DNA of 64,000 nucleotides from a virus. The stretch is taken from the IMG/VR virus record IMGVR_UViG_3300042260_000483, positions 1 through 64,000 of that record, one strand, 5' to 3'. Under the pieces are notes generated by a model. The model was not told where the DNA came from, searched no databases, and saw only the letters and a program-made list of their open reading frames with translations. Below, one piece after another: positions 38,205 to 47,044 of this stretch. Made by a program: the position numbers and the translations under genes. Numbering within the stretch: the first letter of the stretch is position 1; every line of letters starts with the position of its first letter.

Positions 38205-39007
38205 TATAAATTGTCCAATTTCTTTTGAGCTTTTACTATATTTTGTTGAGCGGTTTTAATTGCATCTTGTTTCCAACTTATGTTTTTCTTTTTCCAAAAT
38301 ACTATACTATCTTCTTCCGATTGTTTCTTTTGTTGATTGTAATATTTTTCATCATTATTGTAATTTTGAGCAACACCTCTTTTAACAATTTCTTCCCAAC
38401 TTGGCCAGATGAATGGTTTCCCCGATACGTTATCACCATCATTAACCATCTTCAAAATTTGTTTATCATTGAATTTAGAATTTTTATCAATTAAATTCTG
38501 ATTTAATTCAATAACTTTTTTATTATGTTCAATTTCCTTTTGTAATTTCTCACCTTTGGATAATTTAACCAATTCAGCTTTCAACTTTTGAGTTTCAATA
38601 GATTGGCCAGTTTGTGGTAAGGTTGTTTTAGTTAAATAACGAAAGTGTAATTTCTGAATGTTATACCCACCTGCATAAATTACTTCGGTGTTGAATGGGT
38701 ATTTATTACCATCTCTTTCGATTATACAACTGATTTGAAATGAACCTTTAGATGAATTTTTTACTTTAACCTCACTCATTTTATCAGTAGATAATGTATA
38801 TTTTTCCAAAGCCTTAACCATATCATATTTTAAGGTGATTTCGGTGTAATATGCATCATAATCACTAAACACTTTATCTTCTTTTTTATACCTTTGTTTA
38901 GTATCTTCGATGATATCAGCAATTAAGGGTTTTAATTCTGCCAATAATCGTTTGATTAGTGGATTTTTAGTTTCTCCCTCATTTAGTAAATCTCTTAATT
39001 TTATCAT
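38204..39007 (-). CDS. hypothetical protein with MIKLRDLLNE leader
   Basis: leader motif; VIYAGGYNIQKLH.R motif. Confidence 0.75.
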   Translation of the reverse strand: MIKLRDLLNEGETKNPLIKRLLAELKPLIADIIEDTKQRYKKEDKVFSDYDAYYTEITLKYDMVKALEKYTLSTDKMSEVKVKNSSKGSFQISCIIERDGNKYPFNTEVIYAGGYNIQKLHFRYLTKTTLPQTGQSIETQKLKAELVKLSKGEKLQKEIEHNKKVIELNQNLIDKNSKFNDKQILKMVNDGDNVSGKPFIWPSWEEIVKRGVAQNYNNDEKYYNQQKKQSEEDSIVFWKKKNISWKQDAIKTAQQNIVKAQKKLDNL

Positions 39008-39008
39008 C

Positions 39009-39066
39009 TTATCTCTTAACGTTTATAAAGCTAATATAGTAATAATATTTGATATTACCAAATATT
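39009..39066 (-). promoter_or_regulatory. repeated early promoter/leader element
   Basis: sense TTTG-N20-TATATTAG...TTAAGAGATAA. Confidence 0.75.
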
Positions 39067-39067
39067 T

Positions 39068-39835
39068 TTAATACTTTTTTATCACTTTATAATCAATTAT
39101 TCCGGTTGGTTTTATGATAATTTCGTTCCACAGATTTGTCTTATTTTCTCTGCAATCATCTACGTTTTTACATAAGTTCGATTCTTCATCTTGATATGCA
39201 AAACGGAATAGATTTGCTGCTCTATCACCATTATCAACTACCAATGATTTTACATCAGATTTGAATGCTGCTACTAATTTACCTTTTATTCTTACTAAGA
39301 TATTACTATCTGGTCTGAAGAATTCTTTAGCCTGAGTTGTGAAGGTTGAAATTGAAAATTGTGATTTATTCTGAATACCATCTATGATATTTGCTAAACC
39401 CTCTTTATTTGTCCAATGTAGGGTTTTAACTATCTCATTGGTAGTTCCATAGACATCTTCAGTAAAACTCTTATCTAGGAGGATATATGGTTCAATTGCA
39501 CCCCTACTATAAAAGAATGCAAACTTATCATTGTTTATATTAACGATATAATCTTTAAATTCATCTTTTAATCCCCAAACTCTATGATTTACAAAATCTT
39601 CAATGAAATCTAAAACCATTTTTTGTTTAAGTTGTGGGTATCGCTGAGTTTCTACATACAATTGAAATCCAAACCATTGATTTACTAATGAAACTAATTG
39701 GGGATTATTATCAATCATTCCACCTCTTGTATCAAATCCTTGTTGTTCTAATGCAATGAATTGTTTGGCAATACTCTCCCACTCCGCAATAGTTGCAAAA
39801 TTCTTATATGGGTGAACGTATCCTCTTACTTCCAT
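39068..39835 (-). CDS. hypothetical protein, C-terminus possibly ADP-ribosyltransferase-like
   Basis: TLHWT...ISTFT...NEIII pattern. Confidence 0.4.
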   Translation of the reverse strand: MEVRGYVHPYKNFATIAEWESIAKQFIALEQQGFDTRGGMIDNNPQLVSLVNQWFGFQLYVETQRYPQLKQKMVLDFIEDFVNHRVWGLKDEFKDYIVNINNDKFAFFYSRGAIEPYILLDKSFTEDVYGTTNEIVKTLHWTNKEGLANIIDGIQNKSQFSISTFTTQAKEFFRPDSNILVRIKGKLVAAFKSDVKSLVVDNGDRAANLFRFAYQDEESNLCKNVDDCRENKTNLWNEIIIKPTGIIDYKVIKKY

Positions 39836-39840
39836 TTTAA

Positions 39841-40200
39841 TTAATATTTCCTTTCAGGATCTGGATGGGGTGTTGTATCGATATATTGGTCTACTTCTTT
39901 TTTATCATATAGATTTTTAACAAATTCGTATCCACCATGATGTATCGAATCATGTGATTGTGGTTTACCTGCCAATTCTGCATTGTTGTGGTCAATATCA
40001 TGTTGATGCATAATAGTTCCCATTTTGTGAAATGTAATTTCTTCCCAATCTTTTAATGAATCATTGAATATGTGATATAATCTACTTTTTTCCCAACCCT
40101 TAGCAATAGTTTCTTCATCTGCAAATGGCCAGTTCCACCCCACCTCACCACAATTGTAGGTAGGACTTATTTCTTGTAATATATCAACCAATTTAATCAT
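39841..40200 (-). CDS. hypothetical protein with MIKLVDILQE leader
   Basis: leader motif. Confidence 0.7.
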   Translation of the reverse strand: MIKLVDILQEISPTYNCGEVGWNWPFADEETIAKGWEKSRLYHIFNDSLKDWEEITFHKMGTIMHQHDIDHNNAELAGKPQSHDSIHHGGYEFVKNLYDKKEVDQYIDTTPHPDPERKY

Positions 40201-40547
40201 TATAATCTCTTTAATAAATCATCCATATTAATCTCAAAAGCATAACCTGCTCCACTATATGTCTTATCAAAGATGACTTTTAATTTTAATTTTTTTTCTA
40301 ATTGTTGTTTTAATAATTCCAAAAAATCAGCATCGCCACCTTTACCCATTCCTCTTTTAGCTAAGGTATATTGAGCAAGATTTCCACTTAATTTTTGTTT
40401 TATTGAATCAATTCCATCCACATCTTTCATTGATGATGGTAATAAAATAATTTTACCATTTTTTGGTATCGGTGTAAATTTTACATTTCCTGACCAATGT
40501 GGAAACTCAAACCCATTACTTTCTTTTAATATATCTTTTAATTTCAT
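40200..40547 (-). CDS. hypothetical protein with MKLKDILKE leader
   Basis: leader motif. Confidence 0.7.
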   Translation of the reverse strand: MKLKDILKESNGFEFPHWSGNVKFTPIPKNGKIILLPSSMKDVDGIDSIKQKLSGNLAQYTLAKRGMGKGGDADFLELLKQQLEKKLKLKVIFDKTYSGAGYAFEINMDDLLKRL

Positions 40548-40548
40548 A

Positions 40549-40875
40549 TTAGTTAATATAATAAGTTAATTCAAATTTACCACTCTCCATTCCATATACT
40601 GAAATGTTAAGGTTTTTTCTTTGTGGTTTCCCACCTTTTAATACCCCAACACTAAATGTATTAGTTTTACCAGCACTTGGTCTTGAACGAGAATACTTAC
40701 CACCTAATGCAATTTGAGTTTGCCAATCATCTTCGTTGATTTCAAATCCTCTTTTTTCTGCTGCTTTTCTAGCGTAAGAAACTGCATCGGTAAATGAGTT
40801 AAAATAGGTATCGTTGACCTCGTTAATACTTGGTGTTATTTTTGCGTTAGCAATAATTGACTTTAATGTTATCAT
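40549..40875 (-). CDS. hypothetical protein with MITLKSII...SINE leader
   Basis: leader motif; ISVYGMESGKFELTYY C-terminus. Confidence 0.7.
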   Translation of the reverse strand: MITLKSIIANAKITPSINEVNDTYFNSFTDAVSYARKAAEKRGFEINEDDWQTQIALGGKYSRSRPSAGKTNTFSVGVLKGGKPQRKNLNISVYGMESGKFELTYYIN

Positions 40876-40890
40876 GATATTTAATTTTTA

Positions 40891-41451
40891 TTAAAATGGT
40901 CCGTTATATGGAAGCTGTTCACCACTTTCAGTATAAGCAAATCCATCATAAATACTAACTTTACTTTTTGGTTCTTTCATTTTTATACTAATCGATAATA
41001 CCGATGGTTTACCATTTGGTAATTCGTAGTGTAGTATTCTAATGAATTTTTCTAAACCTTTGACAATTCTTTCCGTAGATACTTTATGAAAATCTGCCAT
41101 TTTTTGAATAGATTTGTTATTCTTTTCTAAATGTTTCATAAAATCTCTTTTAGCATCAGCATCTTTTACGATTTTTTGAGTTGCCTCATTTACTGATTCA
41201 TTTCTTCCAAAATAAGAATGTTCGTAATGTTCTAACCCATATTTTCGAATTGTATCATCGTCCAATAAACGAGAATTTACTGTCCCTAATCTTTTACCTT
41301 TGTAATAGACAGACCAGTTTCCTTGTGGAGATGCATCGACAGTGATATTTTTTAAATCTTTAATACCTCTATCGTGAATTTGGATAGCATCTAAAAACTT
41401 AGCTGCCTTTGGAGTTAAACTCACTTCGTTTAAAATATCTTGTAATTTCAT
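40891..41451 (-). CDS. two-module protein with MKLQDILNE leader and ESVNE linker
   Basis: leader plus internal NESVNEA. Confidence 0.75.
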   Translation of the reverse strand: MKLQDILNEVSLTPKAAKFLDAIQIHDRGIKDLKNITVDASPQGNWSVYYKGKRLGTVNSRLLDDDTIRKYGLEHYEHSYFGRNESVNEATQKIVKDADAKRDFMKHLEKNNKSIQKMADFHKVSTERIVKGLEKFIRILHYELPNGKPSVLSISIKMKEPKSKVSIYDGFAYTESGEQLPYNGPF

Positions 41452-41482
41452 ATTAATTCCTTTATTATACTATAAATATAAA

Positions 41483-41845
41483 TTAAACAAACTTTACCCA
41501 ATTTTCTTCTTCATTATATGCCTGAATCTCATATGGATGGTTATTATATCCATATCCCATTTTATAATATCTAGTCATCCAAGAGGGAGATTGTAAGTAG
41601 TGTTGGTATTCGTGAACCATTGTTCTGATTAAAACCTCTGGAGATGGTATATTCTTCCAATACACCACAATTTCATTCATCATTGAACAATACTCACCGA
41701 TTAAATCAGGATCATCCGCATCATCATAAGGTGAATCTTCAAATACTACATATGGAATTGAGTGTTGATGATTGGATTCACCATAATGTTTGGTAATTTT
41801 TTCATAGACTTCAAACACTAATTTTTGTATTTCTTTTTGGGTCAT
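41483..41845 (-). CDS. HExxH metallopeptidase-like protein
   Basis: MVHEYQHYLQ...HPYEIQA; start adjusted to MTQKE. Confidence 0.75.
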   Translation of the reverse strand: MTQKEIQKLVFEVYEKITKHYGESNHQHSIPYVVFEDSPYDDADDPDLIGEYCSMMNEIVVYWKNIPSPEVLIRTMVHEYQHYLQSPSWMTRYYKMGYGYNNHPYEIQAYNEEENWVKFV

Positions 41846-41900
41846 ATCTCTCATTCTTATAGAGCTAATATACAACTATTTTATGGATTTTCCAAATATT
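41844..41900 (-). promoter_or_regulatory. repeated early promoter/leader element
   Basis: sense TTTG-N20-TATATTAG-CTCTATAAGAATGAGAGAT-ATG. Confidence 0.8.
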
Positions 41901-41926
41901 TTACCACTTATTTTTGGGCAATAAAA

Positions 41927-41949
41927 AACCCATTGAAAATCAATGGGTT
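41927..41949. terminator. 10-bp hairpin (terminator or binding site)
   Basis: AACCCATTGA-AAA-TCAATGGGTT with T-tract on the minus strand. Confidence 0.65.
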
Positions 41950-41967
41950 ATATATTATATTGTTTTT

Positions 41968-42591
41968 TTAACTTTTTAAGAATATTGAGATGTATCCTGA
42001 TAAACGATTACAACGTTCGATCAAAAATGATTTTTGTTCTATTGTTAGTTTCTTTGATGTTAGATAATCAATCCCCAATGTTCCAATGCAAATTTCAGTT
42101 TTAATATCGAATAAACCAACTGCGTATGTTGCTTTAGCACCACTTGCAACTGCTGCTTCTTTCAATCCAAATGTTGCTTGAGTTGGGTCTTCAAAATTAG
42201 ATATGAATATATGACCGGAATTTAAAATTTCCTCATTTGATTTTAGGAAAAGTGATACGGGTATATTGGTAAATGTTGGGGCTATTTTTGAAACACCATT
42301 TTTGGTAGATTCATACATTATTGAAAATTTTTGGATAGATTTGTTTGAATGTAAGAAATGTCCACCATTGTGAAACATTGATACCCAAATTCTATCTGCA
42401 TTGAGATATTCTCTAATATCTTCAATATCTTCATCTATAATTTTAGCAGATTCTAACTCATTACGAATCGGGTCTGGCATTACATCTTTTTTAAGTTTAA
42501 CGCGAACCCACTCTAATGTTGCCGGACCTACTACTGCGGTAATTAATGCTATTACGACTGTTGTGATTGTTTCCATATATTTTAATTCCAT
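41968..42591 (-). CDS. N-terminal TM + GAF-like domain protein (T4 holin T-like architecture)
   Basis: TM helix then LNADRIWVSMFHNGG..KFSIMYE..IGTLGIDY. Confidence 0.55.
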   Translation of the reverse strand: MELKYMETITTVVIALITAVVGPATLEWVRVKLKKDVMPDPIRNELESAKIIDEDIEDIREYLNADRIWVSMFHNGGHFLHSNKSIQKFSIMYESTKNGVSKIAPTFTNIPVSLFLKSNEEILNSGHIFISNFEDPTQATFGLKEAAVASGAKATYAVGLFDIKTEICIGTLGIDYLTSKKLTIEQKSFLIERCNRLSGYISIFLKS

Positions 42592-42602
42592 ATCTAACCC
42601 AC

Positions 42603-42902
42603 TTATTTGGAGTTATTATCATAGTAACCTGTATTGGCTTGGTTAATAAAATTTTGTGACTGGGATATATGGTCTTGTATCCATGCGGGGATATCTGTTT
42701 CCGTTTCTCCTATTTTTTCTTTTAACTCTGTTGCGTTTTTTATAATATCATCTAAAAGAGAGTGTCCCATAAATACTTCATGGTCTTCCTCTTCTTTCAA
42801 TGGTTTAAATGCGGTATGGTATGGATTCGAATATACTTTACCTAATTCGATATTCTTACCTTCCCACTTATTTTTACTCATTATATTTCTTAAACTTATC
42901 AT
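42603..42902 (-). CDS. hypothetical protein with MISLRNIM leader
   Basis: leader; LKEEEDHEV..DIPAWIQDHI. Confidence 0.7.
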   Translation of the reverse strand: MISLRNIMSKNKWEGKNIELGKVYSNPYHTAFKPLKEEEDHEVFMGHSLLDDIIKNATELKEKIGETETDIPAWIQDHISQSQNFINQANTGYYDNNSK

Positions 42903-42917
42903 TTTAATATTACTTAA

Positions 42918-44168
42918 TTAGACAAATATTCTTACGGAAAGAATTACATCATTACCGATTTTTAAATTATTTATTTTATGCTTTTCTAAATCGTAAGATG
43001 GATTACCTATTGTGTTTGCTTTTGCAATTACACCATTCTTAATAAAATGTGGTTGTAGTCCAGAGTAATTATCATCTCTAAATATGAATACATCCGTTGG
43101 ATTTTCTTTTGAGATTTTAATTATTTTCATCAAACCTTGTTTACCAATGAAACACCCACCTTCACATTTAGTTCCACCATAAGTTTTACCTTTTTGGAAT
43201 GCTTCGTTTACTGATTCGTTTCTTTTATCTAATGAAAAATATATTTGATTTTTAACTTTTTGAAATGAATTAACTGCTGCGGTATTATTACCAATGAATC
43301 CCATATTCAATCCAATTTCAGATGAACGAACACCTTTTTTGGCTAATGTCATAATTTGTTTTGCAACATCTTTTGATAAAATTTCTTTGGGAGTTTCTAC
43401 GTGAATCAGATGTTTTAATGATTCGTTTACTGATTCTTTGATTACAACGATTCCGTTTTCATCACCTCTCTTAGCAGTTTTGATACCGGCTTCGATTGAA
43501 TCTAATTTATGTCTAACTTTAGTTGGTGAACTTACTTTTCCTGATGGGTCAGTTCTAGTCAATGTTGCAGTGGTATCATCCATATCAACAATCTTATAGT
43601 ATTTACCACCATCAATTCCTTTTAAACGAGTAAACCCTTGTCCTTTAATAACCGAACCTATTTTTAAATCAGTTGGATATTTTACTTCGTTTACGGATTC
43701 TTCAAACTCACCCTTCATATCTTTGTGTGCTTGTCTTGCTGCAGCACCACCCACTATTCTTGATGCGGGGTCTGCGTTTTTCAAAGCAGCAATCACACTA
43801 ATTTGTTTTTGTAGTAAATTGTTATATAATTCAACGTATTCTTCTTTGGAAACTAATTTATTTTTCAACAAACTTAATATAAGTGCAGGTTCTTTAGTAC
43901 GAATTCTATGGTCTTGTTGAATAGTTCCGTTTAATCTAGCCAAATCATTAGCAACAACTATCATCTTTTGCATTTTCTTACCATACATAGGATTACCTTT
44001 ACCTGGTACTTTTGCATATGCCATTGCCAAATCTAATATTTGAACTGGTGTCATATTTCTCTTAGTATATTGCTCACTACCTAAGTTATATGATGCTTCT
44101 GTTAGAGATTGTTTAAATTTTTCTCTAATTGTTTCTTTTATTGCCGATTTTACTTGTGATAACTTCAT
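42918..44168 (-). CDS. four-module polyprotein-like protein with three ESVNE linkers
   Basis: MKLSQVK..SLTEA leader; ESVNE three times. Confidence 0.75.
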   Translation of the reverse strand: MKLSQVKSAIKETIREKFKQSLTEASYNLGSEQYTKRNMTPVQILDLAMAYAKVPGKGNPMYGKKMQKMIVVANDLARLNGTIQQDHRIRTKEPALILSLLKNKLVSKEEYVELYNNLLQKQISVIAALKNADPASRIVGGAAARQAHKDMKGEFEESVNEVKYPTDLKIGSVIKGQGFTRLKGIDGGKYYKIVDMDDTTATLTRTDPSGKVSSPTKVRHKLDSIEAGIKTAKRGDENGIVVIKESVNESLKHLIHVETPKEILSKDVAKQIMTLAKKGVRSSEIGLNMGFIGNNTAAVNSFQKVKNQIYFSLDKRNESVNEAFQKGKTYGGTKCEGGCFIGKQGLMKIIKISKENPTDVFIFRDDNYSGLQPHFIKNGVIAKANTIGNPSYDLEKHKINNLKIGNDVILSVRIFV

Positions 44169-44232
44169 AATTTGTTCCTTTGTATTCTCTATATTTTAAC
44201 TTATATAAATATAGAAATGTTTATTTATAGGT

Positions 44233-44802
44233 TTATTTACCTAACAATTTTTTAATATTATCGTAGATATATTCATTACCTTTATCAGTTAAATGATTGG
44301 TATAGCCTCGATGTTTTAAAAATATTTCTTCGAATTTGATTACTTTATCTGAATAAAATGAATCAAAGAAGGTTATATGTGTTGCTGATGGGATTTCTTT
44401 GTATATCTTATCAAAAATCAAATCATTAATAAATACAAAATAATCTGCGTAAAATATTTCAGAATAAAAATCATATGCAGTTTTCATTATTGGATTTTCT
44501 AAATGTTCTTTGACATCTGAAAAGATAATATCACAATCATTATGAAGTGAATCACCCTTATGAATAGGATGTTCTTCGATTGGTATTCTGTATGCTGATG
44601 TATGTGATACAATTATATGGTCATAGTTTTTGGGATTCACCGATTGTAATTGTAAATACAATTTATATTCACTAACTCCTGCTTGTGCTAAATTAGTTAC
44701 ATCGTAATCAAATTCTAATTTATTTACCCAACCCAACGAGTTTGATTTACTACTCCAATCAGCAGCAAAACTATCTCCAATTATTAAGAGTGTTTCTTTC
44801 AT
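44233..44802 (-). CDS. SGNH-like paralogue
   Basis: IGDSFAA, NLAQAGVSE, NHLT..GN. Confidence 0.7.
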   Translation of the reverse strand: MKETLLIIGDSFAADWSSKSNSLGWVNKLEFDYDVTNLAQAGVSEYKLYLQLQSVNPKNYDHIIVSHTSAYRIPIEEHPIHKGDSLHNDCDIIFSDVKEHLENPIMKTAYDFYSEIFYADYFVFINDLIFDKIYKEIPSATHITFFDSFYSDKVIKFEEIFLKHRGYTNHLTDKGNEYIYDNIKKLLGK

Positions 44803-45577
44803 CTATGTAACTTTTTAGTATTTCAAATATTTTATTATGGCCATTTAACGATGGGTGTAATTCTTTCATAGTTGGTGGTAATGGAAATTTATCAATCCAC
44901 TTAAATTCATCATGAATTATGTTTTTATTTTCAATTAAATATTTTTCAACTAAAATATTAGTTTCATCGTTTAGTAGAGGAAATTTTACAATATGTTTTT
45001 CTAAAAATTGTAAATTTATATTGGTAAAATCTAAAACATCTCTCCAAATTAGTATTGAAAATTTTATATGTGAATTTGCATTTATAAAATCGTTGAGTTT
45101 TATAAAAACTGCATTCATAAATTCACGCGGATTATAGTTTATAATCCATTCGATAATTTTGTTTTTTATTTCGGTATTATCATTTTTATTATTAGTTAAA
45201 AATGATTCAATTTCAGATGGTGTTCTTGGTATTTTTTCTGATGCAGTAGAATTAGCATGAAAAAATCTATCAAAGTAGTTGTAAATGCCAGATAATTCAA
45301 ATACTATGTATTCAACATCAGATAAATCTTCTTGTGAAAGTAAATATAACGCTTCTGCAGGAGAACCACCTGCTCTAGAGAGATTTATTTCTTCAACATT
45401 TAAATATTTTGAAAGTTGTTTTGAAAATCGATTTTCTTCTATGAATATGGTATCTTCGATGCTAGGGTCGAATGGAAATCGGAAATCTATATTTTCTTCA
45501 AATTCATATACATCTCTAAACCAATGTAACCCAACCCCATGTGTATTTGATGCTCCTAAAAATATTGCTTTTTTCAT
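44771..45577 (-). CDS. SGNH-like paralogue
   Basis: LGASNTHGVG, NRFS, RAGGS, LHPS..GH. Confidence 0.7.
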   Translation of the reverse strand: MKKAIFLGASNTHGVGLHWFRDVYEFEENIDFRFPFDPSIEDTIFIEENRFSKQLSKYLNVEEINLSRAGGSPAEALYLLSQEDLSDVEYIVFELSGIYNYFDRFFHANSTASEKIPRTPSEIESFLTNNKNDNTEIKNKIIEWIINYNPREFMNAVFIKLNDFINANSHIKFSILIWRDVLDFTNINLQFLEKHIVKFPLLNDETNILVEKYLIENKNIIHDEFKWIDKFPLPPTMKELHPSLNGHNKIFEILKSYIDERNTLNNWR

Positions 45578-45608
45578 TATAAACGTAACTATCTTTTATT
45601 TAAGTATA

Positions 45609-47042
45609 TTATAAATTAATTTTTGATCCAATAATAAATGAATTTATCAATGGTAACATTTCATTTGTGGATTTTATACCCGTCCAATTGAAATTTACTA
45701 TAAAACGTTTGGTTAATTGTATAGTAAACCCGTTTGATGATATAAACATAACATCTCCATTAAATTCTTGCATTTGATTTACTGCGTTAACGGGTGTGTT
45801 GGTTACGATAAAAGCTGGAGAATATGTTATGTTCTTTCCTACTTTAAATGAGTTTGTGTATAATGCATTCCAACCAATTGTATATGTTCCATAATCCAAC
45901 ATTTCACCCCATACTGCAGAACCATTGAATCCAATACCAAATGTTCCTTTTCTACCACTCATTGGTTCTATCCAACTCATTGATATCGATGTTGCATTTG
46001 TGCCGAAATTGTTTGAGTATGATGCTGAAATAGATTCAATCCCACTTACTTTATAATCAGATGTCATATAAATTTTAGCAGTTGATGCGGATAAACTGAA
46101 TTGTCTTAGGTTAGACCAAATCATTGTTCCTGCGTTATAACTTCTATCACCAAATATTGATGATTTAGATACCCCAACGGAAAGAACTGCATCGATTCCA
46201 CCTGTTAAACTTTGCATACCAATCATATCACCACTTACCATCATTGGTGGTGCAGATGCACGTTTTTGTTGTTTTTCTTTTTTCTTATCTTCTTTTTTCT
46301 TATCGTCTTCTTTCTTTTTCTCTTCCTTAGTTTCCTCTTTTTTCTCTTCCTTTTTTTCTTCTTTAGTTTCCGATTTAGATTCTTCTTTCTTTTCCTCACT
46401 CTTACTTTCAGATTTACTTTCTGATTTAGATTCGGATTTAGTTTCACTCTTCGTTTCCGATTTTGAAGATGAACTACCCTCACTTTGTGACGAAGATGAA
46501 GAAGAATTACCCTCACTTTGTGACGAAGATGAAGAAGAACTACTACTTGATGAAGATGATGAACTACCCCCACTTTGTGCAGGAGGTGGTGAAGAACTAT
46601 TACTTGCAGGTGGTGGAGGTGGTGGTGTATTAACTACCGGAACTGATGGAATGTTTGAAGTTGCAGATGCTGCTTGAGATGCAGCACTTGCAGCCTGTGA
46701 TGCTGCTTGAGATGCGGTTTGAGCTGCTTGTTGTGCTTGTTGTGCAGTTTGTTGGGCTTGTTGTGCTTGTTGAGTTGCAACCGAACATGGTGAAAGTGCA
46801 TACCACCAATTATAAGTTTCGGTTAACCACATTTGAAGTGTTCCGTTTGTAACTTCTTGTTGAGTAAATACTCTAATTCGATTATAAAATGCAACGGTTG
46901 CTCTACCATTTACAAATGTTGCCGTAACTACCTTTACATCACCCGTGCATCTATCAACAAAGGTTTGAGTGAACGTAGTTTGACCGTATCCACTCAAACC
47001 TATGAAGGTTAGTAGTAATATGAATAATAATTTTTTTATCAC
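45609..47042 (-). CDS. exported protein with Q/A/P/S/E/K low-complexity stalk and probable C-terminal outer-membrane beta-barrel
   Basis: signal peptide ending YG|Q; alternating hydrophobic strands; ends IGSKINL. Confidence 0.6.
   Translation of the reverse strand: MIKKLLFILLLTFIGLSGYGQTTFTQTFVDRCTGDVKVVTATFVNGRATVAFYNRIRVFTQQEVTNGTLQMWLTETYNWWYALSPCSVATQQAQQAQQTAQQAQQAAQTASQAASQAASAASQAASATSNIPSVPVVNTPPPPPPASNSSSPPPAQSGGSSSSSSSSSSSSSSSQSEGNSSSSSSQSEGSSSSKSETKSETKSESKSESKSESKSEEKKEESKSETKEEKKEEKKEETKEEKKKEDDKKKEDKKKEKQQKRASAPPMMVSGDMIGMQSLTGGIDAVLSVGVSKSSIFGDRSYNAGTMIWSNLRQFSLSASTAKIYMTSDYKVSGIESISASYSNNFGTNATSISMSWIEPMSGRKGTFGIGFNGSAVWGEMLDYGTYTIGWNALYTNSFKVGKNITYSPAFIVTNTPVNAVNQMQEFNGDVMFISSNGFTIQLTKRFIVNFNWTGIKSTNEMLPLINSFIIGSKINL
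46475..46539. repeat. 33-nt tandem repeat encoding SSSSSSQSEG(N/S)
   Basis: TACCCTCACTTTGTGACGAAGATGAAGAAGAA at 46475 and 46508. Confidence 0.8.
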
Positions 47043-47044
47043 AT

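Noticed and set aside
25305-46573. His-rich ORF 25305..25556 and Lys/Arg-rich ORF 46241..46573
   Set aside because: Alternate-frame readings of low-complexity linkers in real genes
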